Shown here one piece after another: positions 1 to 9,827 of a stretch of 64,000 nucleotides of DNA (positions are counted from its first letter, which is position 1; each line of letters begins with the position of its first letter). The notes under the pieces were generated by a model. It searched no databases. It was not told the origin of the DNA and saw nothing but the letters and a program-made list of their open reading frames with translations. Source of the DNA: Eledone cirrhosa (Eukaryota). Position numbers and translations under genes: made by a program. The DNA lies in assembly GCA_964016885.1 (NCBI GenBank), contig CAXHJY010001105.1:395547-459546 (forward strand), written 5' to 3'.

Positions 1-561
1 CCCAAGCGACTGATTAACGGAATTAGAGACCCCAGACCCAATAGACAGACACCCACTAGAAACTTAGATAAAAGCAGGTGCTTCTTTAAAATCCCCCACC
101 TGAGTGAATATACCACGAACGCCATCCGCAGGGCCATACGGAGGGAGGGACTTGACATACATTTGGCCCACACAAGACCTTCGCTCCGAAGATGCCTCTC
201 CAACAAACCCGACGAGTCAGATGGGACGTGTTGCCTCAGCAACTGCCCGATACGGGGGGCAGATTGCCTACGCACCTATGTCGTATATAAGATTCAATGC
301 GATAAATGTAACAAGTTTTACATAGGTAGCACCATCCGACCCTTACATGTTCGTATCAAGGAACATGTCAACACCAACGCATCTTCCTTCCGTAAACACA
401 TCCTTAAATGCGGAAACCCACAGGGCAGACCCTTGGTCACAGTCCTAGCGACTGAACGCAGCATCGGATCCTTAAGGATAAAGGAAGCACTTGTTATTAA
501 GAACCTCAGACCCCCACTTAACAACCGGGCTGGGAGAAATGAGCTGACATGGCTAATTTAA
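1..561 (+). pseudogene. Penelope-like element ORF, 3' part (linker + GIY-YIG endonuclease); runs in from before the window
   Basis: Frame open from base 1 to TAA at 561. Contains CCLSNCPIRGADC linker, VVYKIQCDKCNKFYIGST (GIY-YIG), RIKEH and LRIKEALVIKNLRPPLN, typical of PLE endonucleases. Confidence 0.8.
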
Positions 562-1011
562 CCATAGTGACTAGTAACAGCCCCTACGGCCTACTATCCT
601 TCACAGACACGCACTTATATGTATACCCATACACATACACACACACACATCTATATTTATACACGCACACATGTTTATACAACCTACCACCTTTCACACT
701 CTTTGTTTTCCAGCTTCTACGGCCCACTATCTTTCACACACACACACTCACATACATACACACATACACATATACACACACAGTTACACACACATATATA
801 TTTACACACACATATTTTACGGCTTTCACACGCTAGCGCACCCTATTGATTTAACCCAATTGGTCAGTAGCTTTTGCCACAGCCTATTACGCGCACGCGC
901 ATTCTTTCCCTCGTTTGAATTTTCCTCATAACGGCATTCCTAAGTTTAAACGACAATACAACTTTCTCCGGCTTAGCCTGTTCCCCCCCCCCCCCCCCCT
1001 TTTGGAACTTT

Positions 1012-1047
1012 TCCCCCGTTGATGGGCGTGAGCCCGAAATATTGGGA
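1012..1047 (+). ncRNA. Degenerate minimal hammerhead motif in the 3' pLTR of the upstream PLE
   Basis: tccc-CCGTTGA-t-gggc(gtga)gccc-GAAA-ta-Tt-ggga. All three stems are intact but the core differs from CUGANGA at two positions. Confidence 0.45.
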
Positions 1048-1329
1048 TTAAATCTCCTCTACGGTAACCCTTCTACCTTTGTTTTGTTTTCATTTTCATT
1101 TTCACTTTTCTCCTATTTCTCACTCACTTCTTACCTCGAGATTTCCCATCTGCATTGTTGTGGCTTTCTAAACTACATATTTATATTTATATATATATAT
1201 GGAAAGTTATATTTAAATTGTTGGGTTACAACGAGTAAATATTTATAACTGATATAAAAGCACTCAACAAGTATTTGGAGTATATTTACGATATTAAATA
1301 AATGGAAATTATATTTATAAAACCATATT

Positions 1330-1395
1330 TATTTCATTATATATATTTCAGGGATATCATATTAACAATATGTTATGCCTTCCTCAGACAAAATA
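1330..1395 (-). ncRNA. Minimal hammerhead motif (ATATATAT stem III family)
   Basis: Minus strand reads tattttgt-CTGAGGA-long stem II-GAAA-tatata-TA-atgaaata. Same family as 44687 and 54399. Confidence 0.6.
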
Positions 1396-1507
1396 CAATA
1401 TAGACAGTCTTATAAATAAATAGATTCGACATACCTTTCAACATCGACTTGCATTTGAAAAGTTGATTTGGCAGTAAAAATATTATGGACAAATATATAT
1501 ATATTTG

Positions 1508-1540
<33 letters not shown>

Positions 1541-1553
1541 TTATATATATATT

Positions 1554-1588
<35 letters not shown>

Positions 1589-1611
1589 TTTTTTATATAT
1601 ATATATATATT

Positions 1612-1728
<117 letters not shown>

Positions 1729-2279
1729 GTTTGAATATGTGTAATAAGGCCAAAACAATGCAGGTATGGACATAGAAAAAAAGAATGCAATAGTAAAAGA
1801 TATTGTTGAGAATTTGTCTTTCACCTTGAATTTATTTAAATGTCCTTAATTTTCGAGATAATATCTCTTCTTCGGAGGGAAGTAAAGGTCTCAAACCAGC
1901 GTCTTAAATCTCTAGCCAGGCCATGCTGACCGGAAATAGTATAGAGTATGTTCTAACTCTAATATCAAAGAATTAAAATTAGGTGGATAAAGAGTAGTCT
2001 CCCTTTAAGAGGGGTTTGTCTAGGGGTTTTTTTTTTTTTTTTTTTTATAATTTTATATACGTGCCTGTATATGTGTGTGGGAGAATGCATGAAGGTGTAG
2101 GTATGTGTGTGTGTGAGTGTGGGAAGAAAGGTCTAATCGTAAAAGTGGGGGGTAGGTGTTATCTGGTGTTAGAACTGGTTTTGTGTGTGTATGTGTGAGA
2201 GAGAATAAGTGGAGGTGTAAGCGTGTGTGTGTGCGCGTGCGTGTGTGTGGGGTGTGTAAATATGGGGCTAGAGGCCCTA

Positions 2280-2585
2280 TCAGGTTAAAAATTGGGTGTT
2301 GAGCTCTAGTCTATTATTGATTGGAGGATGTGTTTTATCTATAATAAGTGCTTCCTTAATTCTAAGATTGCCGAGGTTTCTTTCCTTAGTTTCTATCCTA
2401 ACTGTTATGTTTTAATCGGTGTTTTTGCATTTAACTAGGTGTTTCTTAAATGAGGAAGCGTTAGTATTGAGGTGTTCTTTTATTCTTATGTGGAGTGGTT
2501 TGGTGGTGCTACCTACGTAGAAGTTGTTGCATTTGTCACACTCTAGTCTGTATATATACAGACTAGAGCGTGACAAATGCAACAA
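2280..2585 (-). mobile_element. 5'-truncated Penelope-like fragment (GIY-YIG) with fold-back at the truncation point
   Basis: YRLECDKCNNFYVGSTTKPLHIRIKEHLNTNASSFKKHL, related to the ORF at 1-561 but with an internal stop. Palindrome at about 2520-2590. Confidence 0.75.
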
Positions 2586-2589
2586 CTTC

Positions 2590-3065
2590 TTTCGTTGCAA
2601 CAACTTCTTTCGTTGCACATCTGCAACATCGTCAGTGGTGTTATATTTTCCTCCTGTTGTGTTGTATGTCTCCGCCATTTTTATTCAGTCTGTCTATATA
2701 TTTATTTATTTATTTGCTTGTTTGTTTATTTTATTTCGTCTTCTTTGCGCATGCGTTTGCGTGTGTGTATAGTGTTATGTTTGCTGTGTGATGGGTGACT
2801 AGTGTGTGTTTATGTGCTTGTTGTTATTGTGCTTGTGTATTTATTTATTTATTTATTTATCTTATTTTATTTACTTATTTATACTTCTCTTAGGTCAGTG
2901 TTGTTTGTTTGGGTGTTGTTGTTGTTCCACTCATTCTTTCTGTTTAGCTTTGGTCTTCTAATTTCTATTTCACTCGCCTCTCTGATTTGCCTATCTGCTG
3001 GGTCATTCCTATGTTTAGATATTATTCTAATTTCTATGTTGTCTATGTTACCGTCATGCTAGACA
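2590..3065 (-). mobile_element. 3' end of a Penelope-like element (same family as 47150-48185)
   Basis: Reverse complement closely matches parts of 47840-48177, including the CTGACGA-gttgca/tgcaac-GAAA hammerhead core. Confidence 0.75.
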
Positions 3066-3103
3066 ACGACATGTTGCTCGTTTGTTCAACACTGACAAAG
3101 GAA

Positions 3104-3144
3104 CGCTGTACTAGTTTCAAGCTTATTAGCTATCGTCAGCAACG
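3104..3144 (-). ncRNA. Minimal type I hammerhead ribozyme (ACTAGT stem III)
   Basis: Minus strand reads cgttg-CTGACGA-t-agct/agct-t-GAAA-ctag-TA-cagcg. Second copy at 36150-36190. Confidence 0.75.
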
Positions 3145-3220
3145 TATACGTTCCTGCCAGATGGGTGAACGTCCGAAAGTATATACTTTCCTTATGCATA
3201 TTAACGGCTGAGTATACATA

Positions 3221-3291
<71 letters not shown>

Positions 3292-3297
3292 CAACAC

Positions 3298-3382
<85 letters not shown>

Positions 3383-3556
3383 TTATATATATATTTATAT
3401 ATATATATATATATTATGTAATAACTAATAATAACTAGAAATTGATTAACATCTAAATAAACATGAATAATCACAGGAGATAATTTTTACAAGTGTGTAA
3501 CCACTTGGAATTGAACCATCAGTACAGTTGAGGTATGTCATACATCAATTTATATA

Positions 3557-3617
3557 TTTTATCTGATGAGGACGTACTGCAAAACAGCACAGTGCCTCTG
3601 AAATATATATAATAAAA
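3557..3617 (+). ncRNA. Minimal hammerhead motif
   Basis: ttttat-CTGATGA-..gtactg/cagtgc..-GAAA-tatata-TA-ataaaa. Related copy at 55631-55693 (-). Confidence 0.6.
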
Positions 3618-3662
3618 CATATTTTGATTACGTTGAATGTCTATATTTATTAATATTTTGAA

Positions 3663-3711
<49 letters not shown>

Positions 3712-3787
3712 CGGAGGAAATGTGGTAAGGAACCAGGTGGACCATAACGCACCAAAGTACTCAATACTTAGGGTAGTAGAGTGGGTA

Positions 3788-3911
3788 ATAGGAACGAGTT
3801 GGACCCCGACGGCTGAGCTCAAGCCGTTTCGACGGCTAATTCTGGACTGAATCCAGAATTAGCCGTCGAAACGGCTTGAGCTCAGCCGTCGGGGTCCTAC
3901 TCGTTCCTATA
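3788..3911. repeat. Palindromic pLTR-like repeat (relatives at 39230-39300 and 53300-53410)
   Basis: ~60 bp arms, ataggaacgag..gctaattctgga / tccagaattagc..ctcgttcctat. Carries only the GAAA-stem III-GUC half of a hammerhead. Confidence 0.75.
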
Positions 3912-4130
3912 TATATATATAGTAAAATAACAGAGTAAAGGACTCACATGTGAACCTGTAATTCAATGAGCTCAAAGGAAAGGGTTTTCCTGGGCACTTT
4001 AGAATACAATATAGAGAGGAAAAAACGCAGGAGAGTGTGTTTTTCATTACAGGATTTTAACTACCAGCGTGAAGAGAATATAAGCTAAGAGGGGTGTAGG
4101 AGAAACATAATAATTCAAAGGATAAATTAA

Positions 4131-5141
4131 CCCTTTAATGTTCAAAGCGGCCAAAACCGGCGAGAATTCTCTACCTCTTTCTGTTGAAACTGGCTGTAAC
4201 TGGTCGTTCAAACTGATGTTAAGGTATTGTTCTCAAAATAAATACTTTCAAAATCTCATAGATTCGATATTATGTGAGGTAAAGCCTTTACTGTGAAAAT
4301 ACAATAGTATATATAGAGTAATGTAAATGCTATGTGAGATATTATGTGAGGTAAAGCCTTTACTGTGAAAATACAATAGTATATATAGAGTAATGTAAAT
4401 GCTATGTGAGATATTATGTGAGGTAAAGCCTTTACTGTGAAAATACAATAGTATATATAGAGTAATGTAAATGTTATGTGAGATATTATGTGTGGTAAAG
4501 CCTTTACTGTGAAAATACAATAGTATATATAGAGTAATGTAAATGTTATGTGAGGTAAAGCCTTTACTGTGAAAATACAATAGTATATATAGAGTAATGT
4601 AAATGCTATGTGAGGTAAAGCCTTTACTGTGAAAATACAATAGTATATATAGAGTAATGTAAATGTTATGTGAGATATTATGTGAGGTAAAGCCTTTACT
4701 GTGAAAATACAATAGTATATATAGAGTAATGTAAATGTTGTGTGAGATATTATGTGTGGTAAAGCCTTTACTGTGAAAATACAATAGTATATATAGAGTA
4801 ATGTAAATGCTATGTGAGGTAAAGCCTTTACTGTGAAAATACAATAGTATATATAGAGTAATGTAAATGTTATGTGAGATATTATGTGAGGTAAAGCCTT
4901 TACTGTGAAAATACAATAGTATATATAGAGTAATGTAAATGTTATGTGAGATATTATGTGTGGTAAAGCCTTTACTGTGAAAATACAATAGTATATATAG
5001 AGTAATGTAAATGCTATGTGAGGTAAAGCCTTTACTGTGAAAATACAATAGTATATATAGAGTAATGTAAATGTTATGTGAGGTAAAGCCTTTACTGTGA
5101 AAATACAATAGTATATATAGAGTAATGTAAATATTAAAGGG
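4131..5141. mobile_element. Non-autonomous piggyBac-type element carrying a minisatellite
   Basis: TTAA (4127-4130) | CCCTTTAAT ... ATTAAAGGG | TTAA (5142-5145). Removing it restores the host repeat arm. Confidence 0.75.
4267..5131. repeat. Tandem array, 13 units of 60 or 72 bp
   Basis: Unit tatgtgaggtaaagcctttactgtgaaaatacaatagtatatatagagtaatgtaaatg(c/t), with an optional 12-bp tatgtgagatat module. Confidence 0.95.
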
Positions 5142-5531
5142 TTAATATGAAAAACCTGCCTCAAAAACTAAACAGCACCTGTACAAATTCCCTAAGATTT
5201 CGTTTCGCCGTGTTATGGTTTCAAAACTCAGCTCAAGGATCATCAGCAGGTGCGAAGCCGATATTGTCTCCACTACTAGAGAATCTAAAGTAACTAACTC
5301 GCGGCACGTGTGAATAGAGGGAAATACATGCGCCAGGCAGAAACCGGTGGTATGACCGGGATAAGACGCTAGAGGTACAGATGCTGTTTAGTTTATGAGG
5401 TAGGTTTTTCATTTTAATTTATCCTTTTAATTATTATATTTTTCCTATACCTCTATTAGCTCATATTCTCTTCACGCTGGTGGTTGAAATCCTGTAATGA
5501 AAACACACTCCCCTGTGTTTTTCCTCTCTAT

Positions 5532-5570
<39 letters not shown>

Positions 5571-5571
<1 letters not shown>

Positions 5572-5902
5572 TTAACCTTGGTCTTCCTCTTCCAGTGTGT
5601 CCATGTAGGGGCTCCCACAGGAGCACTGAGTGGAGTGTCAACTCTGGATGTCGGTGAGCATGTCCAGCTAACCTCAGTCTCCTCTGTGTCACTTTTGAGC
5701 TGGCTTTTGGGAGGCTCCCGTACAGCTCTGAGTTTTTCATCCTCAGTGTATACTGATTAATGTTCAGAGCCATCCTCAGCATTCTCGTGTAGCACCCATC
5801 CACCATCTGTTGGAGACGCAGGACATGGCAGCGATAATGAGGGACAGAGACCGCTGGAGAGAACTCGTCCATGGATCTCGGGAATTTTACCCGCCCCTTA
5901 GA
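5571..5902. mobile_element. RTE-clade LINE 3' fragment with 5' inversion
   Basis: 5571-5809 matches 55926-56164 in the same orientation. 5807-5902 matches 55802-55894 in the opposite orientation. Confidence 0.85.
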
Positions 5903-6057
5903 ATATATATATATGTATATATATATAATGTAGGAGGTGAGTGTTATTGTAGTACAATAAAGCAATGCAGATATCGGATAAGAAGCACTCTACAGTTTTT
6001 GAAATGCGCATAATAAAATACATGGAACTCTTTTAACCATCTTTTGATCTTATATAT

Positions 6058-6124
<67 letters not shown>

Positions 6125-6125
<1 letters not shown>

Positions 6126-6400
6126 AGGTCTCTATCGAGTGCTACTGGTAACTTGTAACCCAGCACAACCTGTCTCGTGGTCGGCGACTAAACCGGCAAC
6201 CCCACCAAGCTATCTTGGTGAGGGGGGGGGGGATATTTGGACACCCTGCGGGATGAAATACAAGACCTGGCAAAGGGCGGAGGAACTCAGCAGAGTCAAC
6301 GGCCATCCAAATAGCAGTTTTTTTCTTTTTCACCTGGGAGTGAAAGGCCCCCAGTTGTTGTCACAACCCCTTTCTAGGAGAGGGAATCTCTGAAAAAGAA
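6125..6400 (+). repeat. Dispersed repeat head (copies at 6855-7050 +, 53084-53200 +, 42790-42950 -)
   Basis: Shared gtgctactggtaac..gactaaac.ggcaacccc..gaggaggg..ttggacacc sequence. Probably the 5' end of a non-LTR or non-autonomous retroelement. Confidence 0.6.
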
Positions 6401-6666
6401 AACCTGTGGCTTCGGAAGCATCCGAAGATGTTGACCAGTTCTCCTTTTCTGGCAGTGTCTTCGATGCTCAGAGAGTGGGATGGGTCGAGTGCAAGGCCTT
6501 TCCCCTCTTAAAAATCCTTCAAGGTACAGGCATTGCTTGTTGAGGGACTGTTACAGGTTTGTGTGGCTGGCCGTAGCCTAAAAGTGCACCAAACTCTGTA
6601 ATCTGACCAGCAATTGCAATAATCTTAGCAGAGTTTGCAGCCATCATGTATGTATGTGTATGTGTG

Positions 6667-6720
<54 letters not shown>

Positions 6721-7497
6721 TATGTATGTGTATGTATGTATATATATATATGTATATATATATATGTATGTATATATATATATATGTATGTATATATATA
6801 TATATATATATGTATGTATATATATATATGTATATGTATATATATATATGTATGTCAGGTCACCAGTTGGTGCTACTGGTAACATGTATCCCAGTACAAC
6901 CTGTCCCATGGTCGGGTTGTTGGCGACTAAACTGGCAACCCCACCAAGGTTTCTTGGTGAGGAGGGTGACTTTGGACATCCTGTAGGACTAAAAACAAAA
7001 CCTGTCAAAGGGCAAAGGAGCTCTTAAGAGTCAATGGCCATCCAAAATCACCGGGAGAGATGACCCCTTAGCCTTTGTCAAGGCAGAATTCTAGGAGAAG
7101 GAAAACTCTGATATAACACCTGCAACCCTGATGGTATCCAATGATGTTGACTTGTTCTTCTTTTTGGTAAATATCATCTTGGTTAAGAGAGTGGGACTGG
7201 CTTTGTGCAGTGCCTTTGCTCACTATAAAAGCTTCACGGCACAGGCATTGCTTTATATCTGGAGATCTCTCTGCACTTGTCGTCACATGGTACCATGGGC
7301 CCAGCACTATGTGTCAGTAATTGTCACAAGTGTAGTGTTTGTACCAGAGTTTTCAAGTCGCTGGCTGGACTAAAAAGTCACACTCGTTCAGCGCATCGGT
7401 AGGGGTTCTCCTACATGGATATAAAGTAGTGGCCGTACTCGAAAACGAGTTGGCAGCCACCATATATGTATGTATATATATATATATATGTATGTAT

Positions 7498-7538
<41 letters not shown>

Positions 7539-7647
7539 TATATATATGTAGGTATATATATATATGTATGCATATATATATGTATGTATATATATATATA
7601 TGTATGTATATATATATATGTATGTATATATATGTATATGTATGTTG

Positions 7648-7680
<33 letters not shown>

Positions 7681-7741
7681 GTATGTATATATATATATGT
7701 ATGTATATATATGTATATATATGTATGTATGTATATATATG

Positions 7742-7774
<33 letters not shown>

Positions 7775-8069
7775 GTATGCATATATATATGTATGTATAT
7801 ATATATATGTATGTATATATATATATATGTATGTATATATATATATGTATGTATATATATGTATATATATGTATGTATATATATATATGTATATATAGAT
7901 ATAGATAGGTAAATATACACGGGTGTGTATGATTGTGTATAGAAGATTATATTAATAAGAGGAATTCCAACTTTGTCTGATTTACTCGTTTTATTTACAA
8001 TCCTTTAAAATATATATAATGGTATTATAATGAAATAGTATGATAGAATATTAAATTCTAAGTGTTAAT

Positions 8070-8108
8070 TGAACAAGTACTTTCATGCTTTCGCAATCTT
8101 CAGGTTCA
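8070..8108 (-). ncRNA. Minimal hammerhead ribozyme in the inverted pLTR
   Basis: Exact reverse complement of 8235-8273. Confidence 0.75.
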
Positions 8109-8234
8109 TGATATGTGGTGACAAGGGCTTTGCATTCTGGAGCCACTTTTCTCTGTATAAAGTGTATAAAAGGTAGGAAATTTACCCATCTCATTACAGT
8201 TGAAAATTGCAAACTCGACTGTCACCACATATCA

Positions 8235-8273
8235 TGAACCTGAAGATTGCGAAAGCATGAAAGTACTTGTTCA
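8235..8273 (+). ncRNA. Minimal type I hammerhead ribozyme in the 5' pLTR
   Basis: tgaac-CTGAAGA-t-tgc(gaaa)gca-t-GAAA-gtac-TT-gttca. Palindromic stem III AGTACT. Confidence 0.8.
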
Positions 8274-8477
8274 ATTAACACTTAGAATTTAATATTCTAT
8301 CATACTATTTCATTATAATACCATTATATATATTTTAAAGGATTGTAAATAAAACGAGTAAATCAGACAAAGTTGGAATTCCTCTTATTAATATAATCTT
8401 CTATACACAATCATACACACCCGTGTATATTTACCTATCTATATCTATATATATATTCCTATTGTGTATATGCCAAC

Positions 8478-9827
8478 ATGTCTGGAAAGCAACAAATGAA
8501 ACCAACAGAATCAGAAAGAATTCTAAAGGAGATATCATCGAAATTATCAACACTTATCACGATGATGGACACACAATCCTCTATTTTAAAGGAAATAGAA
8601 AAACAATCTACAGACGGAAAACTTATAACTGAACATATAAACTCTGAAATTAAGAATTTAGCTGAAATTATACCAACAGTTATCAAAGATACAAGAGAAA
8701 GCCTACCACAACCCCCTTGGATGTCAGAAATAAACGAAAGAAATTTGGAAAACAAAACACATCGAATAAGAAAAGAAATGTGGAAGACATGGAAAAAATT
8801 CCTTAACATAAGAAAACAAAATTTCTGGAAAGCATACAGATGCGAAAAATATGTCGAAACACATTCGAAATGGCTCTCTCTAACGGCACCCATACTCCCT
8901 CGTAAATACCTAATTACAGAAATTGCAGGAGAACCAGAAGAAGAAACAAAACTCCGATGGGAACTTACATTGACAAAATTCAGGACCGACATCTCCATTT
9001 CTGAATGTAAACAATCCCGCTACAAAGCCAAATATGAAGCTATTGATGACCAAATTGAAGTTGAAATTTCAAAGCTAACGACTGGTATTATAGCTGAAAA
9101 ACTACGAGAACTATGGATCGGAGATATCTCAAAAGAAGAAAACAAATCAAGAAAGGTATGGCAGCAGAAACAATTATTTCTCGATGAATATGCTGCAAAT
9201 TACGGTAAAGACTCTGGAACCCTGAGAAAAAGCATTAAAAGTGGACAATCTCATCAACACAACATACGCCAGAACACGTGCCAACACAAACACTCACCTT
9301 ACCTTGAATCAAAGAAGAACTACGGTAATAACTCTTCGCTTTTTCTACAAAAACACCCTATCGCACACAACATGAACAAAAAGCACAAACACGATAGGTA
9401 TTCCTTTGACCAGACCATGAGAAGTAGTAAAACCAGGAGATCATTCTCAAGATCTCAACAGAGACTACCAACAAGGAATGTGGAAACAAAACGTAGAATA
9501 ACCAGATCACTCTCAAGATCTCAACAGAGATTGCCCACAAGAAACTGGACGAAAAAACGATCTAAACCTGAAAGCAAACCTAGGTCATTTTCCCAGATTG
9601 TTAAAAATAATGCTAACAGGAAGAAAAATAATATACAGAATACCAAAAATAGGACAAAATACATAACGAAACCAAATATAATATCACGACCAAAAGTTCA
9701 TCAAGCGAACACCAACAGGAATATAAATCCTGAACAGAGAAAAATTCATTTTTTAACGTCAGGACAACAAAAACCGGAAAAAGAAAAACTCCAGGAGGAA
9801 ACATACCCAAAACAGCTGTACACGTAG
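8478..9827 (+). CDS. Penelope-like element ORF1 (helical N-terminus, basic RS-rich C-terminus)
   Basis: 449-aa ATG-initiated ORF between the pLTR and the RT. Duplicated RS(F/L)SRSQQRLPTRN motif. Confidence 0.75.
   Translation: MSGKQQMKPTESERILKEISSKLSTLITMMDTQSSILKEIEKQSTDGKLITEHINSEIKNLAEIIPTVIKDTRESLPQPPWMSEINERNLENKTHRIRKEMWKTWKKFLNIRKQNFWKAYRCEKYVETHSKWLSLTAPILPRKYLITEIAGEPEEETKLRWELTLTKFRTDISISECKQSRYKAKYEAIDDQIEVEISKLTTGIIAEKLRELWIGDISKEENKSRKVWQQKQLFLDEYAANYGKDSGTLRKSIKSGQSHQHNIRQNTCQHKHSPYLESKKNYGNNSSLFLQKHPIAHNMNKKHKHDRYSFDQTMRSSKTRRSFSRSQQRLPTRNVETKRRITRSLSRSQQRLPTRNWTKKRSKPESKPRSFSQIVKNNANRKKNNIQNTKNRTKYITKPNIISRPKVHQANTNRNINPEQRKIHFLTSGQQKPEKEKLQEETYPKQLYT

Larger units (their letters stand above)
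4005..5535. repeat. Diverged inverted-repeat element whose left arm is split by a MITE
   Basis: 4005-4130 plus 5146-5184 is the approximate reverse complement of 5376-5535. Confidence 0.65.

Noticed and set aside
3788-3911. Complete hammerhead in this palindrome family (also 17330-17370)
   Set aside because: Only the GAAA-stem III-GUC half is present and the CUGANGA box is missing.
4248-5164. Two ~300-aa repeat ORFs on the minus strand
   Set aside because: By-product of 60/72-bp units being multiples of three inside a MITE. No other coding evidence.
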